From: Phallusia mammillata
Lineage: Eukaryota
Direction: 5' to 3'
Assembly: GCA_965637545.1 (NCBI GenBank)
Contig: OZ281498.1
Location: forward strand, 2,914,001-2,978,000
DNA: 64,000 nt
In this document: positions 52,532 through 64,000 of the stretch, in pieces
Layout: each line of letters starts with the position of its first letter
How positions within the stretch are numbered: position 1 is the stretch's first letter
The notes under the pieces: generated by a model
The model's database searches: none
The model's input: only the letters and a program-made list of their open reading frames with translations
Told to the model about the DNA's origin: nothing
Translations under genes and position numbers: made by a program

Positions 52532-55500
52532 TCAACGACCTGGCAAAACTACAAAGAAACAACAAGGTTAAACATGCCGATAACATATTCGTCATTTGTG
52601 TTCATTTCAAAGCACCTGTGCTGCACTTGCCTTATGTTCGCGATATAGAATTATTTCAAGAAAAGACATTATGGTCGAGCTAAATTCGAGATAGAACATA
52701 TTGGTTCTTAGTGGTAGTTACCTAAACATCTAGTGAATGCATTTCCAACAGCTCCTGGTGGACAGGTACAGATGGCCGCTTCCTGCTCTACAGTGCAAAT
52801 GGCATCCAATCCACAAGGGGTAGGATTACATGGACCAACAGCTAGAAAAAAGATGACATTCTATACTGTCATTACTGAACTGGCAGAGCAAGTAACTCAC
52901 AATAGACAGGTTCACTACATACCGATAGATTGCGTAAAGAGCGCAGTTTTTTTAAGTTTACAGTGAGAGTGGGGATGGGGCTAGGGGCTAAAATTAACAT
53001 TCCTACGTCAAGCCTCAGATTCGCCAAATGAACAATCAATATCAGCGGCTGAAGTGATTTTGTTTAAATTCAAATTACCTGGACAACTTTCCCATGGAAT
53101 CCCCACAGTTCCAGGTGGACAAGTACAAGTAGCAGTATCTTGATCGGATGTGCACACTGCACCAAGGCCACACGGACTAGGTTTGCATGGATCAGTTGCT
53201 GGAAAAACACAGATGTCATATAAATTAGGTCATTTTGTTACACGCCTTTACCGTCCGGTGCAGACCTGAATTAAATAATTGTTGCAACATTTTTTGAAAC
53301 AGTTAATTCAGCACATAAAATCTAATGGGTAATACACATCCGTTCTTCACAACGTGTCAACCACTACTCGATCATCCTGGGTTACGACACAAAACACTGG
53401 GGGCGCCAAACAACACGTGTTACGTAATAATTGGATCACCATATTAGGTCTGAATCATACAAACTTTATGATTTTATCACTAAACTTGTTTTGAAAAGTA
53501 ATTAAACATTTAGCTTAACCGAGGAATCATCTAATTATAACATTGTTTCGTTAAAATACAAAACAAACAAAACCGTTTTTGCACAAATTATGAGAACGTT
53601 GGTGGTTTTGCACAATTCATATTTACATGCGCAACTCTCTGTTGGATTGCCTTCAGTTCCAGGTGGACAAAAGCAGACCCGTGAACCTTGGTTGTTTACG
53701 CACGCAGCGCCGGTGCCACAGGGATCTAGTTCGCACGGATCAATATCTGCAAAACATACTTTCACGTTCATTGCCCACCAAAAACAGGGTTGAAAATTAG
53801 GCCAGACAGTGCAGGCTGGTTCGGGCTCTTTACTTTGAATAAAACTGGTTGTTTTGGCTGGACTCACATTTCACACTATATCACATATGTGTGGATATTT
53901 ACAATGTTAAATCCAACGTCTGTGCTTATTTCGACAAATGTCAGATTGTCGCTGGGTTTCGAGCTTGTTCCTTCGAATTAAGGCACCAATTTCTGGCTCA
54001 CTTACAACTCTAACCAAATTTTGCGGTGTGTATGCTTCGCTGATTGCTCAGTGCTGTTTACTGGGCAGTTGTATAGTGACTTCGTTGAATGCAGTTATTA
54101 AGAGCTGATTGCAAGGTTACTGTTGATGGCAGTTAAATGCTTTAGTCTTATGTTTAGGTGTCACAAAAAATCACTATAAGGACCACTCCAAGCAAATTTA
54201 GATGTGCACGCTGTGGCTCCATACCAGTTGATGTGCAGCATAGATTTTCACGTGTCTGGGCATTAGCACCATCTCCCTAAATTCACCGAGTACTATTGAA
54301 AGCAACAATAGAAGTACACACTGCAGGCACTTGAAATCTGTGCGGTACATAATCTTTGTTCACAGTGTGTACATCTAATGTTGCTCACAGTGGTCCTTCG
54401 TGTTTTCAGGGAACACACAAGCTCCACGAATACACCGAAGACAACCATGAGTAAATTTAGATGTACATGTGATATTAATAAAATCATTTCTTCGAATTAC
54501 CTGTGCAACTAACTTCAGGATTTCCGGTGGTTCCCGATGGACAAGAGCAGACGGCCGACCCCTGATTGTTCGTACACTCTGCCCCGTTGCCACAAGGATT
54601 TGATTCACACGGGTCAACTATTTAAAAATAAATCACGAATGAAATGTAAAGTTCACGACATATGACCATTTAAAACAAGTTATTACTTGTTACTGAAATT
54701 AACATTGTAAGTGTGTATACCCTTGGTAAAACAGGTGTTTAACAGTTCGATCTGGTGTTTACTGTTTCGAGAATCAACATAACGTAAACGACTGCCTGAC
54801 CAGATTATTGTGAAATTGAAAATCAAAATAACGACAACAAAAAACTGCGAATGCATAAGCACTGTGACCAAATTTCTATGTGCACAGTTTGGCCGAACTT
54901 CAGTTGATGTGCCGCATTGATTTCCTGTAAATAGGCATACACACAAGGCCCCCAGAGAGCACTGGGGCACTGTGAGTAAACATGGATGTTCACGTTATGC
55001 ACACACTCTCCCGGTTATGTGCAATATATATTTCATGTTACTGGGCATGATCCCTGAGTACACTGATGACTACTGCGAGCAACATTACATGTATACACTG
55101 AGGACACACAGAAGATTATGCATAGCATGGATTTTCATGCGTCTGGACATACATACAAGCTTCATGAGTACACTGAAGACCGATGTGAATAAATTCAGAT
55201 ATGCAAGTGATGACTAAAAATCTTTTTTTTTTCGAATTACCTGTGCAACTAACTTCAGGATTTCCGGTGGTTCCCGATGGACAAGAGCAGACAACCGCCC
55301 TCCGATAATCAGTTGTACACTCTGCACCGTTGCCACAAGGATTGGGTTCACACGGGTCTGCAATTTAAAACAAATCACGAAATGAAATGTAGAGATCACG
55401 ACATATGACCATTACCAACAAGTTTTTACTTGTTACTGAACTGAAATTAACATTATACATGTGTATAACCTTAACATGGTTAAACAGGTGATGTTTATCA

Positions 55501-58500
55501 GTTCTATCGAGTGTTTACTGTTTTGAATGTAAACAAAAATAAATGACTGCCTGACCAGATCATTGTAAAGTTGTAAAACAAATAACAACAACAAGAAACT
55601 GCAAATACAAAAGCACTGTGAGTAAATTTATATGCGCCCGCTGCGGCCACACATCAGTTTATGCGCCACATATATTCCATTTGTCTAGGCCAGTGGTTCT
55701 CAACTTTTCGTGGACCGTGGCCCCCTAAAAGTATCTTTTGGACCTCGTGGCCCCTTTATGTAACCCTGCAAGACCTATGGCCTCCATGAAAAATGTAAAT
55801 GGCAAACTCGTGTTGGAATTCGGTACAATTTCGGCTTTAAACAGGTCAAATAGAGTAAACAAGAATCCGTAATCGTGAAAAACCGCAATATACAGTAGAC
55901 AAATAATATGTGAAATAGTAGATTAAATTGGGGAATAAAGTTATTTGCAACACACACTTAATTCTGTGCATTAAAAATGAAAATGGCTTTTAGTGGGTAT
56001 TTTTGGTGAATCTACACCCGTGGCCCCCTGGAACACAGCTCGTGGGGGGCCATGGGCCCTGGTTGAGAACCACTGGCTTAGGCGTACACAGAAGCTTGCC
56101 GAGTACTTCCTGGTTAAGAAGTCAAATTTTCAAACAGATTTAGATTTTTTTTCAGCCTGTACAGACCAACATCAGTATCTTTAAAATACATTAAATATTG
56201 TATCCGTGTATGTTATCCGCAAAACATACATCTTTGTACATAACAACTGAAAAACTTAAAAAATTAAATGTTTTTTCCCAAGGTGCATTGTGAAGCAGTT
56301 GTTAATTTTGTCACGAATACGCAATCTTAACGAATCTGTTATAAACTATAAAATATCCACCTTCACAAACAAGCTCGCTTACGATCCATTCTCCATTGCT
56401 TCCACATTCATAACTAGGAAAACCATTTTTGAAATAATCATGAACATAAGGATGATTGCAGATCATTACAACAATGTCCCCGGGTTCGTACGATTTATTG
56501 AGGCTTGTAATTTGGGCATTAGCTGGTGGTGTAGGCTGTGGGCATGTGATATCTGCAAATAAAAACAACTATGTATTTATCTCATCGAATTGTATAGTAA
56601 TGAAATGTTATAGAAGTTGTGTTAATTTTTTACATAGGTTATGCCTGTTTATAAATAGACCCTTACAACTTTCAGTCAGATGTGCAGGAAGTAGGGTGTG
56701 GTTAAAGCTTGCACCAATAGTTCTTAACCCTTAGGTCACAAAGCTATTTGCTAATGGGCCACCGGGTTTAAAAAAAGTGTTAAATTCCTAATTACTGTCT
56801 TCACCTTGCACATGTACCTAATAGCTGACTGAATGTTTGCTTTTTGTTCTATGAGTTTTTTTAATGAATAATTGCAATTGGTATTTTAAAATCAGTCACT
56901 ATTAAGAAACATCCTTGCCAGAATTCACTTCTAATCGAATCATTCTAACCCCCGGAACAATCTGGGTTTAAAAAACAACGCTGTACCAGTAAACAAGTCC
57001 TGGCTTCAACATCACACATTGAAACGTTGTTTGAACTAAAAACCAAAAGTAGAATATACAGATTAAGATATCTGTGTGCACTGAGGACCACACTGTGAGT
57101 AAATTTGGATATACACGTGATGACTATAAATCATTTCTTCGAATTACCTGTGCAACTAACTTCGGGATTTCCGGTGGTTTCCGATGGACAAGAGCAGACA
57201 GCCGACCCCTGATTGTTTGTACAGTCTGCACCGTTGCCACAAGGATTGGCTTCACACGGGTCTGCAATTTAAAAAGTGGACAGATCAATGTAAAATTAAA
57301 CATAAAAAAGAAATACAAAACAAAAAACAGAAAATGCAAAATTATGTCTTTAAACAGCGTCGAAAATATGTTTAGAAATCGAACTAATAGGGGAAAGTCG
57401 TGTAATTTGGACCTCATAAGTTTGAACCTTTATAAAAGAAAAAAAAGTCGTTCAAACAAAGGGCGATTTTACCCAGGATTTTATTCCATTACCACAATGT
57501 TTTAAAAAATATTTGTCGTTTATTGAATGAAAGAAAAATGGTTAATAATACTACCTTTACAACTGGTTAAAGGGAAACCATCAGAATATTCAGGTGGACA
57601 TGAACACTCAGCTCTGCCAAATCGTTCGCTGCACTCTGCATCGGTTGCACAAGGACTGGGATCGCATGGATCGAAAACTAAAAATCACTTTTGAAGGTTA
57701 AATTCTAATCACACAAAAAGGTATTTCAGGATGGTATATACGTACATAGACAAGATAGTAACGTTAGGTGCTTGGATACACCATTTGAGTGGGTAAAAAT
57801 GCAAATTTATGTTAATGCACAAACAAAGTTCAATTGTTTGAACCTAAAAGTAATTCACAGTGGTCGGCAACCGCCGGTCCGCTGCCCAGTGCCGGTCCGC
57901 GTAGAGTTCGTTACCGGGCCGTTTACTTTTTCAAGTCAAATGCTTTGAAATATTTTGTCCGTGCATTCGGGGATGATAAACTGATTTTTGCGATTTTATT
58001 GCCAAATATGTGTAACGTTTTGAATTTCAGTCCGTGTGTAAATTTCAGGGTCAAAATCGGTCAGCAGTGCAAAAAAATGTTTATACATCAGGGAACTCTA
58101 TGATTTTTGGTAATTCGTTTGGATGTGGTTAAACAAAAGTTTAGAAAACACTCGTTTCAAGAATCAATATGTAAAATTCCAGTCAATAATCGCAATAGCG
58201 AGGTAACTGTTTCCTTGTAAATCATGTATGGTGCTGAATTCAAACAAATCTATTTAACGACAGCGCCAATGTACCTGTGCAACTAATCAATGGATCTCCT
58301 GTAGTTCCAAATCGACAAGTGCAGTTAATGGATCCCCAGTAACTTGTACACAATGCGTTGGTGCCACAAGGACTAGGAACGCATGGAGAAGAAGCTAAAA
58401 ATTTAACAAATTTGCTAAAGTAAACACAAGGCAAACCACCCCTCATTCAAAAAAGGTTATGCACATAACGCAATATTTTAGTTATTTCCTGTACACAATT

Positions 58501-61500
58501 CTCTAGGTATCAATTCTATCTGTGTTTCGCTTTCCAAAAATACCCATAATTTATAGATGTTCGCTTGAGTAAGAAAGTTGACTAGAGTATTCGTAAATAA
58601 CCACAAACAAATAAAATCGGATATGATTCGTATATATCGCTGATGCTTTACCCACAGTTTAGAAATAATATGCATCAATGTTCTTTTAGACAATTATATT
58701 CTTCATTGGACAACAAGGTTTTTATATATTAGAAGGAAAAAATATTAGAACAAAGCAAAGTTTTACTATTGCTTATTCGCAAATACCAAACGATTATCAC
58801 TATATGTTACCCGTGCAACTTGTGAACGGGTTCCCAATTGTCCCAATTGAGCAACGGGACTTGCGTTGTATAGGTTGGTAAAAATGGTACATTGCTGGTA
58901 ATGCAGTCTAAGTGATAAGCCAGTTATTCAAAAAATGACAAAAAAAACCTGATTCAAATTTGCACACAAGTTTTGACCCTGGATGTTACAGCGGTTTACT
59001 CACAGGCCTCAAACAATAAACTCTTTTAAAAACGACATGCGTATAAAGTACAACAATTAAAAACTTCGTTGATTGGTGCAATTGTGTATCATTTTAAATC
59101 ACTTTGTGACTTTAAGTAGGATTCACCGATTTTTACCCTACTTAAGCAAAAAGTTTGTGGGTTCGTCACCTGTGCAAAGAGTCAACGGGTCTCCTTCGTA
59201 TCCGGTTGGACAAGAACAAACAGCTCGTTCCGAAGCGACAACACACTCAGCGTTAATCCCACATGGACTGGGACTGCACAAGTCAATAGCTGGAAATAAA
59301 TCAGGAAATATGAACTCAATAAAATTGACACTTAGCATGGGTTAACAAGCAATTGATTACTTTTTCAACTAACATATTGGTCACTCAACAACAGCTGGTA
59401 ACAATTCACGAATAGTAAACGATCCTATGAAATGCCTTTGTGCTTTATGTATTTGTACAAGTTATAAACGGATTTCCCGCTGTTCCGGACGGACAAGTGC
59501 AAACAGGAGATCCCTGGTTGTCTGAACATTCAGCATTAGTACCACAAAGATTAGGATCACATGGGTCAGAAACTAAAAATGAGAATCATGCTATAGTTAC
59601 AAGCGAAGACCAAGATTGCAAGGAATCACGTGATTTAGCCTCAAAATCGTTAGTGATTGGGTGGGACGTAGATTAAAAAAAGGGCGGGTTTAAAGGATCA
59701 ACGGAGAGAATGAATGTTAACAATAGCATTGGCAAGGAAATTATTGCCTTACAAGTCAAATCTGTCACTAAACAAACAAATAAATAAAAATAAATAATTG
59801 AGCTTTGTTCCTTTTGAAAGTTCACTCTGAACTCACAATGTACCTGTGCAACTTATGAACGGGTTTCCTGCAGTTCCAGACGGACAAGTACAGTCAGGAG
59901 ATCCCTGGTCGTCTGCACACACAGCGTTAGTACCACAAGGGTTTGGATCACACGGGTCAGAAGCTAGAAATAAAAAGATTCTGTGTTAAAGTCACCCAGA
60001 CAAATAAACAAAAACAGAAGCTTGTTATAACTTGAAACAGACAAGCATTTCTGGTTAAATGTATATTTCGTCTTGCGTACACAATTTTGAAACATCTTAA
60101 ATTTAATTCATATATTGGCGGACATTAGTTTTTGTGATCAGTTTGGGCGAATATCTAACAGAAGATATTTGCAATCAAGAACCACATCGACAAACGATTT
60201 CCTTGCAGTTGATAGCTTAGTTTTGCCGTTTGTGCGAAATTAATAAAGAATTAAAAAAATTAATTAAAGTAATTAATGAATACTTGCAAATTGCAATGTG
60301 AAAGATTTATGCGCTATAAACAATTCGCGTGTTTAAAAAATCACCCCGTCAACAAACCCTATCCTTAAACCTTTTAAACACTTTTAAATACCAAAGTAAG
60401 ATACAATGTAAAAGCATCGAGCCAATAAATGATAAGCTGCAGACAATGCACATTGTTTCGACATACAAGGTCCCGTCAGTGCAGCCAGGGGAGGCATGAA
60501 TTTTACCCTGTTACTCCCAACAAACTGGAGTGCCGTTGGATGGCTACACTCGCCAATACTATCGATCTCTCGCCACAAGCTGCACTGATGATACCTTATA
60601 GGTCGAAAGCGTGTGCACTGTCTGCAGTTTAACATACACTGCATACACAAAAAGACTTTGAATTTGTTTTTAATTGCTCTATTGCTACCTGTGCAACTAG
60701 TTAACGGGTCGCCGATATAGCCGGGTGGACAGGAACATTCAGCCCTTCCCGATGTATCACTGCATTCCGCGTCAGTACCGCAGGGACTCGGGTTGCACGG
60801 GTCAGGAACTAAAAATAGATTACAGGATTAAATATGAACTCGTCAAGGAAAGCGTGCCCAAGTGGTGTACTATAAGCTTCTTACACAAATGATGTCAGAA
60901 AAATACGAATCGGTCACATGCGTATTGGGCCAAATGGGTGCTTTTTCGAAAGTGTGTCAAGCAGTTTTTGGCAGAGATTAACCTCCACAGGCAAACTCAT
61001 AAACCCAAGCCAACATGATCTTATACAGAAGATTGTTAAGAAGATTATATGCCTCTGGTTTCATCACCAAAGTCAACTAATGCCAAACAATGTTTAAGTT
61101 TTGGGCGCAAGTTTGAAAAACATCATAATCACAACAACATATTATTATTGGGCAAAGTGCGTAGGAACAGCATTTGCATTTACACCAGCCATAATAGGTC
61201 CTGCCAGACAAAGGATCGACATGCCCTTAATATACCACAAAATCAAACATTTTCTGAAGCTTATAGCTTATTTCATCTCCATATGAAGCCTACCATTTAC
61301 AAGAAAGATCATTTTTAATTCCATTTTATGATGCTAATTGTGGCAACACGTGTCTTAAGGTTTGCCTAAAATCGACATCGCCAGTTCCTTAATGAAATAT
61401 AATAAAAACATAATAAGGTAGGTTGCAAACCATTTGGCCGAAGCCCGCACTAATACCAGTAAAAATTTTTACTTACCACAGACAACCGTAGTCGTAGGTA

Positions 61501-62026
61501 GAAACCTTCCAAACAGACAGGTTTTGGTGACAGGTTTTTCCAGTTTGTAGTTGGAATCACATTGGAAAGTAATTGTTTGACGATAGCTGTAACTAGTTTT
61601 CAATGGAAGGTAGGATCCAAAATTGGGCCTCGCAGGTGGTTTGCATTTAACTAAAAACAAAAACAAAATTGATGAAAATCTCAGGAAAGGTATAATCGCA
61701 ACCTAATGTCTGCATTTATGAGGATTCAAATTTAACTTTCACGCAAAGGGATGTGCGCCTTTTAGAACTAAATAATAAAATAGACTTTTTTGCATTTCTA
61801 TTTCACATCAAAGGTGGACCACCAAACAATGAATTGTTTTTTGTCTTTTCTACCTGAAACTCTCTAAGTCTAAACCATAACAATCCTATAAGCTTACTGA
61901 CAGTACACACTATTTCAACCTATAAAATCTCATCAGTGCAGCTAAAAATTTAACAAACTTACATGAGAAACTCCATTGAGCCAGAGACAGAGATATAAAA
62001 GTACACAGCACAAGTAAAACCTTCAT
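52532..62026 (-). CDS. Sushi/EGF family gene 1: secreted, about 585 aa, signal peptide + CCP + 6 EGF + CCP + 5 EGF. Exons: 61963-62026, 61477-61650, 60689-60808, 59844-59963, 59170-59289, 58275-58394, 57555-57677, 57148-57261, 56361-56552, 55241-55357, 54501-54617, 53627-53746, 53079-53198, 52722-52841, 52532-52548
   Basis: Signal-peptide exon MKVLLVLCTFISLSLAQWSFS followed by a GTAAGT donor. All internal exons are phase 1-1 and open. Ends VLPGR*. Confidence 0.82.
55691..56075. mobile_element. hAT/Buster-type MITE
   Basis: TIRs CAGTGGTTCTCAAC...GTTGAGAACCACTG; imperfect TSD GTCTAGGC / GCTTAGGC with central TA. Confidence 0.8.
60436..60485 (-). ncRNA. Type I hammerhead ribozyme motif (sense to gene 1 pre-mRNA, intron 3)
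   Basis: Minus strand: GCTGCA-CTGACGG-GAC(CTTGTAT)GTC-GAA-ACAAT(GTGC)ATTGT-C-TGCAGC. Perfect stems I and III; core has A9>G. Confidence 0.7.
60579..60628 (+). ncRNA. Type I hammerhead ribozyme motif, partly degenerate, inverted partner of 60436-60485
   Basis: GCTGCA-CTGATGA-TACC(TTATA)GGTC-GAA-AGCGT(GTGC)ACTGT-C-TGCAGT. Core intact; mismatches in stems II and III. Confidence 0.65.
61892..61942 (-). ncRNA. Type I hammerhead ribozyme motif in intron 1 of gene 1 (sense)
   Basis: Minus strand: GCTGCA-CTGATGA-GATT(TTATA)GGTT-GAA-ATAGT(GTGT)ACTGT-C-AGTAAGC. Core intact, stem III pairs, stem II mostly G-U, stem I imperfect. Confidence 0.6.
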
Positions 62027-62178
62027 TGCGTTCGCTTTGCTTATCAGTCAAGAAATGCCTTGCACTGGTTTGACGCCCGGGTTTTAATACGCTCTGCTGG
62101 TTTAACCCCGCGGCCACATTTCTTCGTGGTGTGATTCATGCCGCTTATGTCATTCCGTCGATGCATCAACATTACTGC

Positions 62179-62186
62179 TGACGTCA
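62179..62186. promoter_or_regulatory. Perfect CRE (TGACGTCA) about 150 bp upstream of the gene 1 ATG, in a locally GC-richer segment
   Basis: Sequence match and position only. Confidence 0.35.
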
Positions 62187-62520
62187 GCTGACCCAAAACA
62201 ACAACAACAGCGCGTGATGTGCGTGTGATCAGTGGGGTTACGTTGTAGGGGCAATTGCAGAGCAACAGTGCTTATGAATCAGAATCAGTCAACAATAATA
62301 ATTGTAAAACGATGTCACCAATGTGGGCATCGTCAATCGCTCTGCAAAATCAACAAATATCGAGATTGTTACTTGTTTTTCTTCCTTTTTCGTGCTTTGG
62401 TTCATTATTTGATTTTGTTGTTACCTCTACACCCGTACTTTTTTATATAAATAACAATAAAAAAAAATCTAAATAATTGTTTTGTTAAATAATTATTTGA
62501 CTTGGTTGTCTATAAATAAC

Positions 62521-62680
62521 ACCGCAGACAGTCCACACTGTTTCGACCTATATTGTCTCATAAACGCAGCTGGTAGAGATCGTATTGGCTAGTGTTGCCA
62601 TCCAACGGATGAGACCTTATATGTCGAAACAATGTGCACTGTCTGTAGCTTATCATGTATTGGCTCGATGCTTTTACATT
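62521..62680 (-). mobile_element. Second copy of the double-hammerhead element (opposite orientation to 60405-60628, internal deletion, both cores damaged)
   Basis: Reverse complement aligns to 60405-60628, including the flank AATGTAAAAGCATCGAGCCAATA. About 60 bp are missing, which removes the 5' side of one core. Confidence 0.7.
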
Positions 62681-63115
62681 ACTAACACCGTTTTAGAAAC
62701 TTCAGACTCTCCAACAACGAATCATTTAGCACCATCACTTTAAAATATTACAAAAAAGGCTCAACATCATTTTATTCAAAACACCCAAACGATTTTAAAC
62801 TAACTCACGACTTTTAAGCAATTCCAAGTTTAGGTTACAACAAAACAACAAGCAAATTAAGACAAAATTTCCGGATTTCTTGCAGTTCCCAAGGTTATAA
62901 AATTGGGTTGAGTTTATTTCGCTCGGTGAAACAATTGTACCAATCCAGTTGCACTAAAATATTTACAAGCTGCGCAACGATGGTAAACGCGCTGCAGCTA
63001 CACCGTAAATTGAACCGAAATAAACCGAAGTAGACAGAGTGACATAACACAGAGTTGGTAAAGCCAATAAAAAAAGCTGCACTTATATATTCCTTCGAGC
63101 GTCTAAATTGCCTTA

Positions 63116-63220
63116 GCGACAAATTGGTGAATTTCCAGTAGCCAAACAGTCAGGAGATCCCTGATCGTCTGTGTACACAGCAATAGTGCCGCAATGATTT
63201 GAATCGCATGGACCAGGAAG
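63116..63220 (-). pseudogene. Decayed EGF exon remnant, probably from a further family member upstream of gene 1
   Basis: PGPCDSNHCGTIAVYTDDQGSPDCLATGNSPICR* resembles exon 59844-59963 but has an internal deletion and no intact acceptor. Confidence 0.6.
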
Positions 63221-64000
63221 TAAAAGCATGAGAGTCATATTAGATAAGTGACCACACCAGAATGCTCGTAGTGCTGCGTGAACACAATTTATACACATCT
63301 CCACAATGCACTTACGAACATTCAAGGCACACCTTAACGGGTGTGGTTTGTTTGGACTGCAAGAAGTTGCAGCGAGTCCCAAATCCGTGTCGACGGATGC
63401 ACTCCAAGTTAGAAAAGTTCCCAAGAATTGTAGCAAATACAGCGTGTTAAACCCGAGCACTAAATGCTGAAATCCGTTTTGAGAAGCAACGCGAACGAAA
63501 TGAAACTGAAACTTGTGCTCTGTAATTTTGTGTATCTGGCTTTTCCCCAAAGAAAACCGTTAAGTAAGTATGATTTGCAATTCAAATGTTCATTAAAAGT
63601 GTCAGAAAAGTTTTACAAGTAAACAAAATTTTGTGTTTACAGGTAAAGTTGTTAGATCAAATTGAACTTTTGGCAAATCCAAAACAAATAATACCCTTAA
63701 TAAACAAACTTCAATGTCAATTTTAAAATGATAAGAATTGTGCAAGACCCATTTGTGTAACCGTATTCAAAAAGATATCTGCAAAAGGATAGGAAAGGAC
63801 AGCTGTTAATGCTGTTAATTTATGACAAACTGAAAAACAGTATTGTAAAAATTACGTTGCCTGACAATTCGAACTATTTTCAAAAGAGTTTACTTATAAA
63901 GCTTTTGTCTTCACAAAATGTTTAAAAATATTGATATCAACGATTTCAATTGTAATGCTGCATTATTAAACAATAGAAAAATTATTCGAATACAGCACTT

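Noticed and set aside
62044-62265. 73-aa minus-strand ORF with a hydrophobic stretch (possible TM exon)
   Set aside because: It lies directly upstream of the gene 1 ATG, has no convincing acceptor, and is better explained as promoter/5' UTR.

Overview
AT-rich, intron-containing animal genomic DNA. A tunicate (ascidian) origin is my inference from the gene families and short AT-rich introns; it is not proven. Left to right: (1) the intronless 7TM end of a GRL101/relaxin-receptor-like (LGR type C) GPCR; (2) an intronless secreted protein made only of 10 LDL-receptor class A repeats with an unusual 8-Cys layout, followed by a truncated pseudogenic copy; (3) a tandem pair of 9-exon CYP2-clan P450 genes, the first a pseudogene and the second intact (501 aa), separated by a CR1-group LINE fragment and a SINE-like repeat; (4) hAT/Buster-type transposon derivatives, a 17-bp satellite with a 187-bp higher-order repeat, and a ~194-bp tandem repeat; (5) a ~36-kb minus-strand cluster of four paralogous genes for secreted Sushi(CCP)+EGF proteins, built from symmetrical phase-1 exons (three apparently intact, one pseudogene). 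None of the cluster genes appears as a whole in the ORF track. Gene 3 looks like a fusion caused by loss of an internal stop exon. The most unexpected non-coding signal is a small repeat family carrying type I hammerhead ribozyme motifs, including an element with two hammerheads of opposite polarity; most copies cluster at the 5' end of EGF gene 1. All exon structures and RNA folds were worked out by hand from the sequence; no database searches were run.
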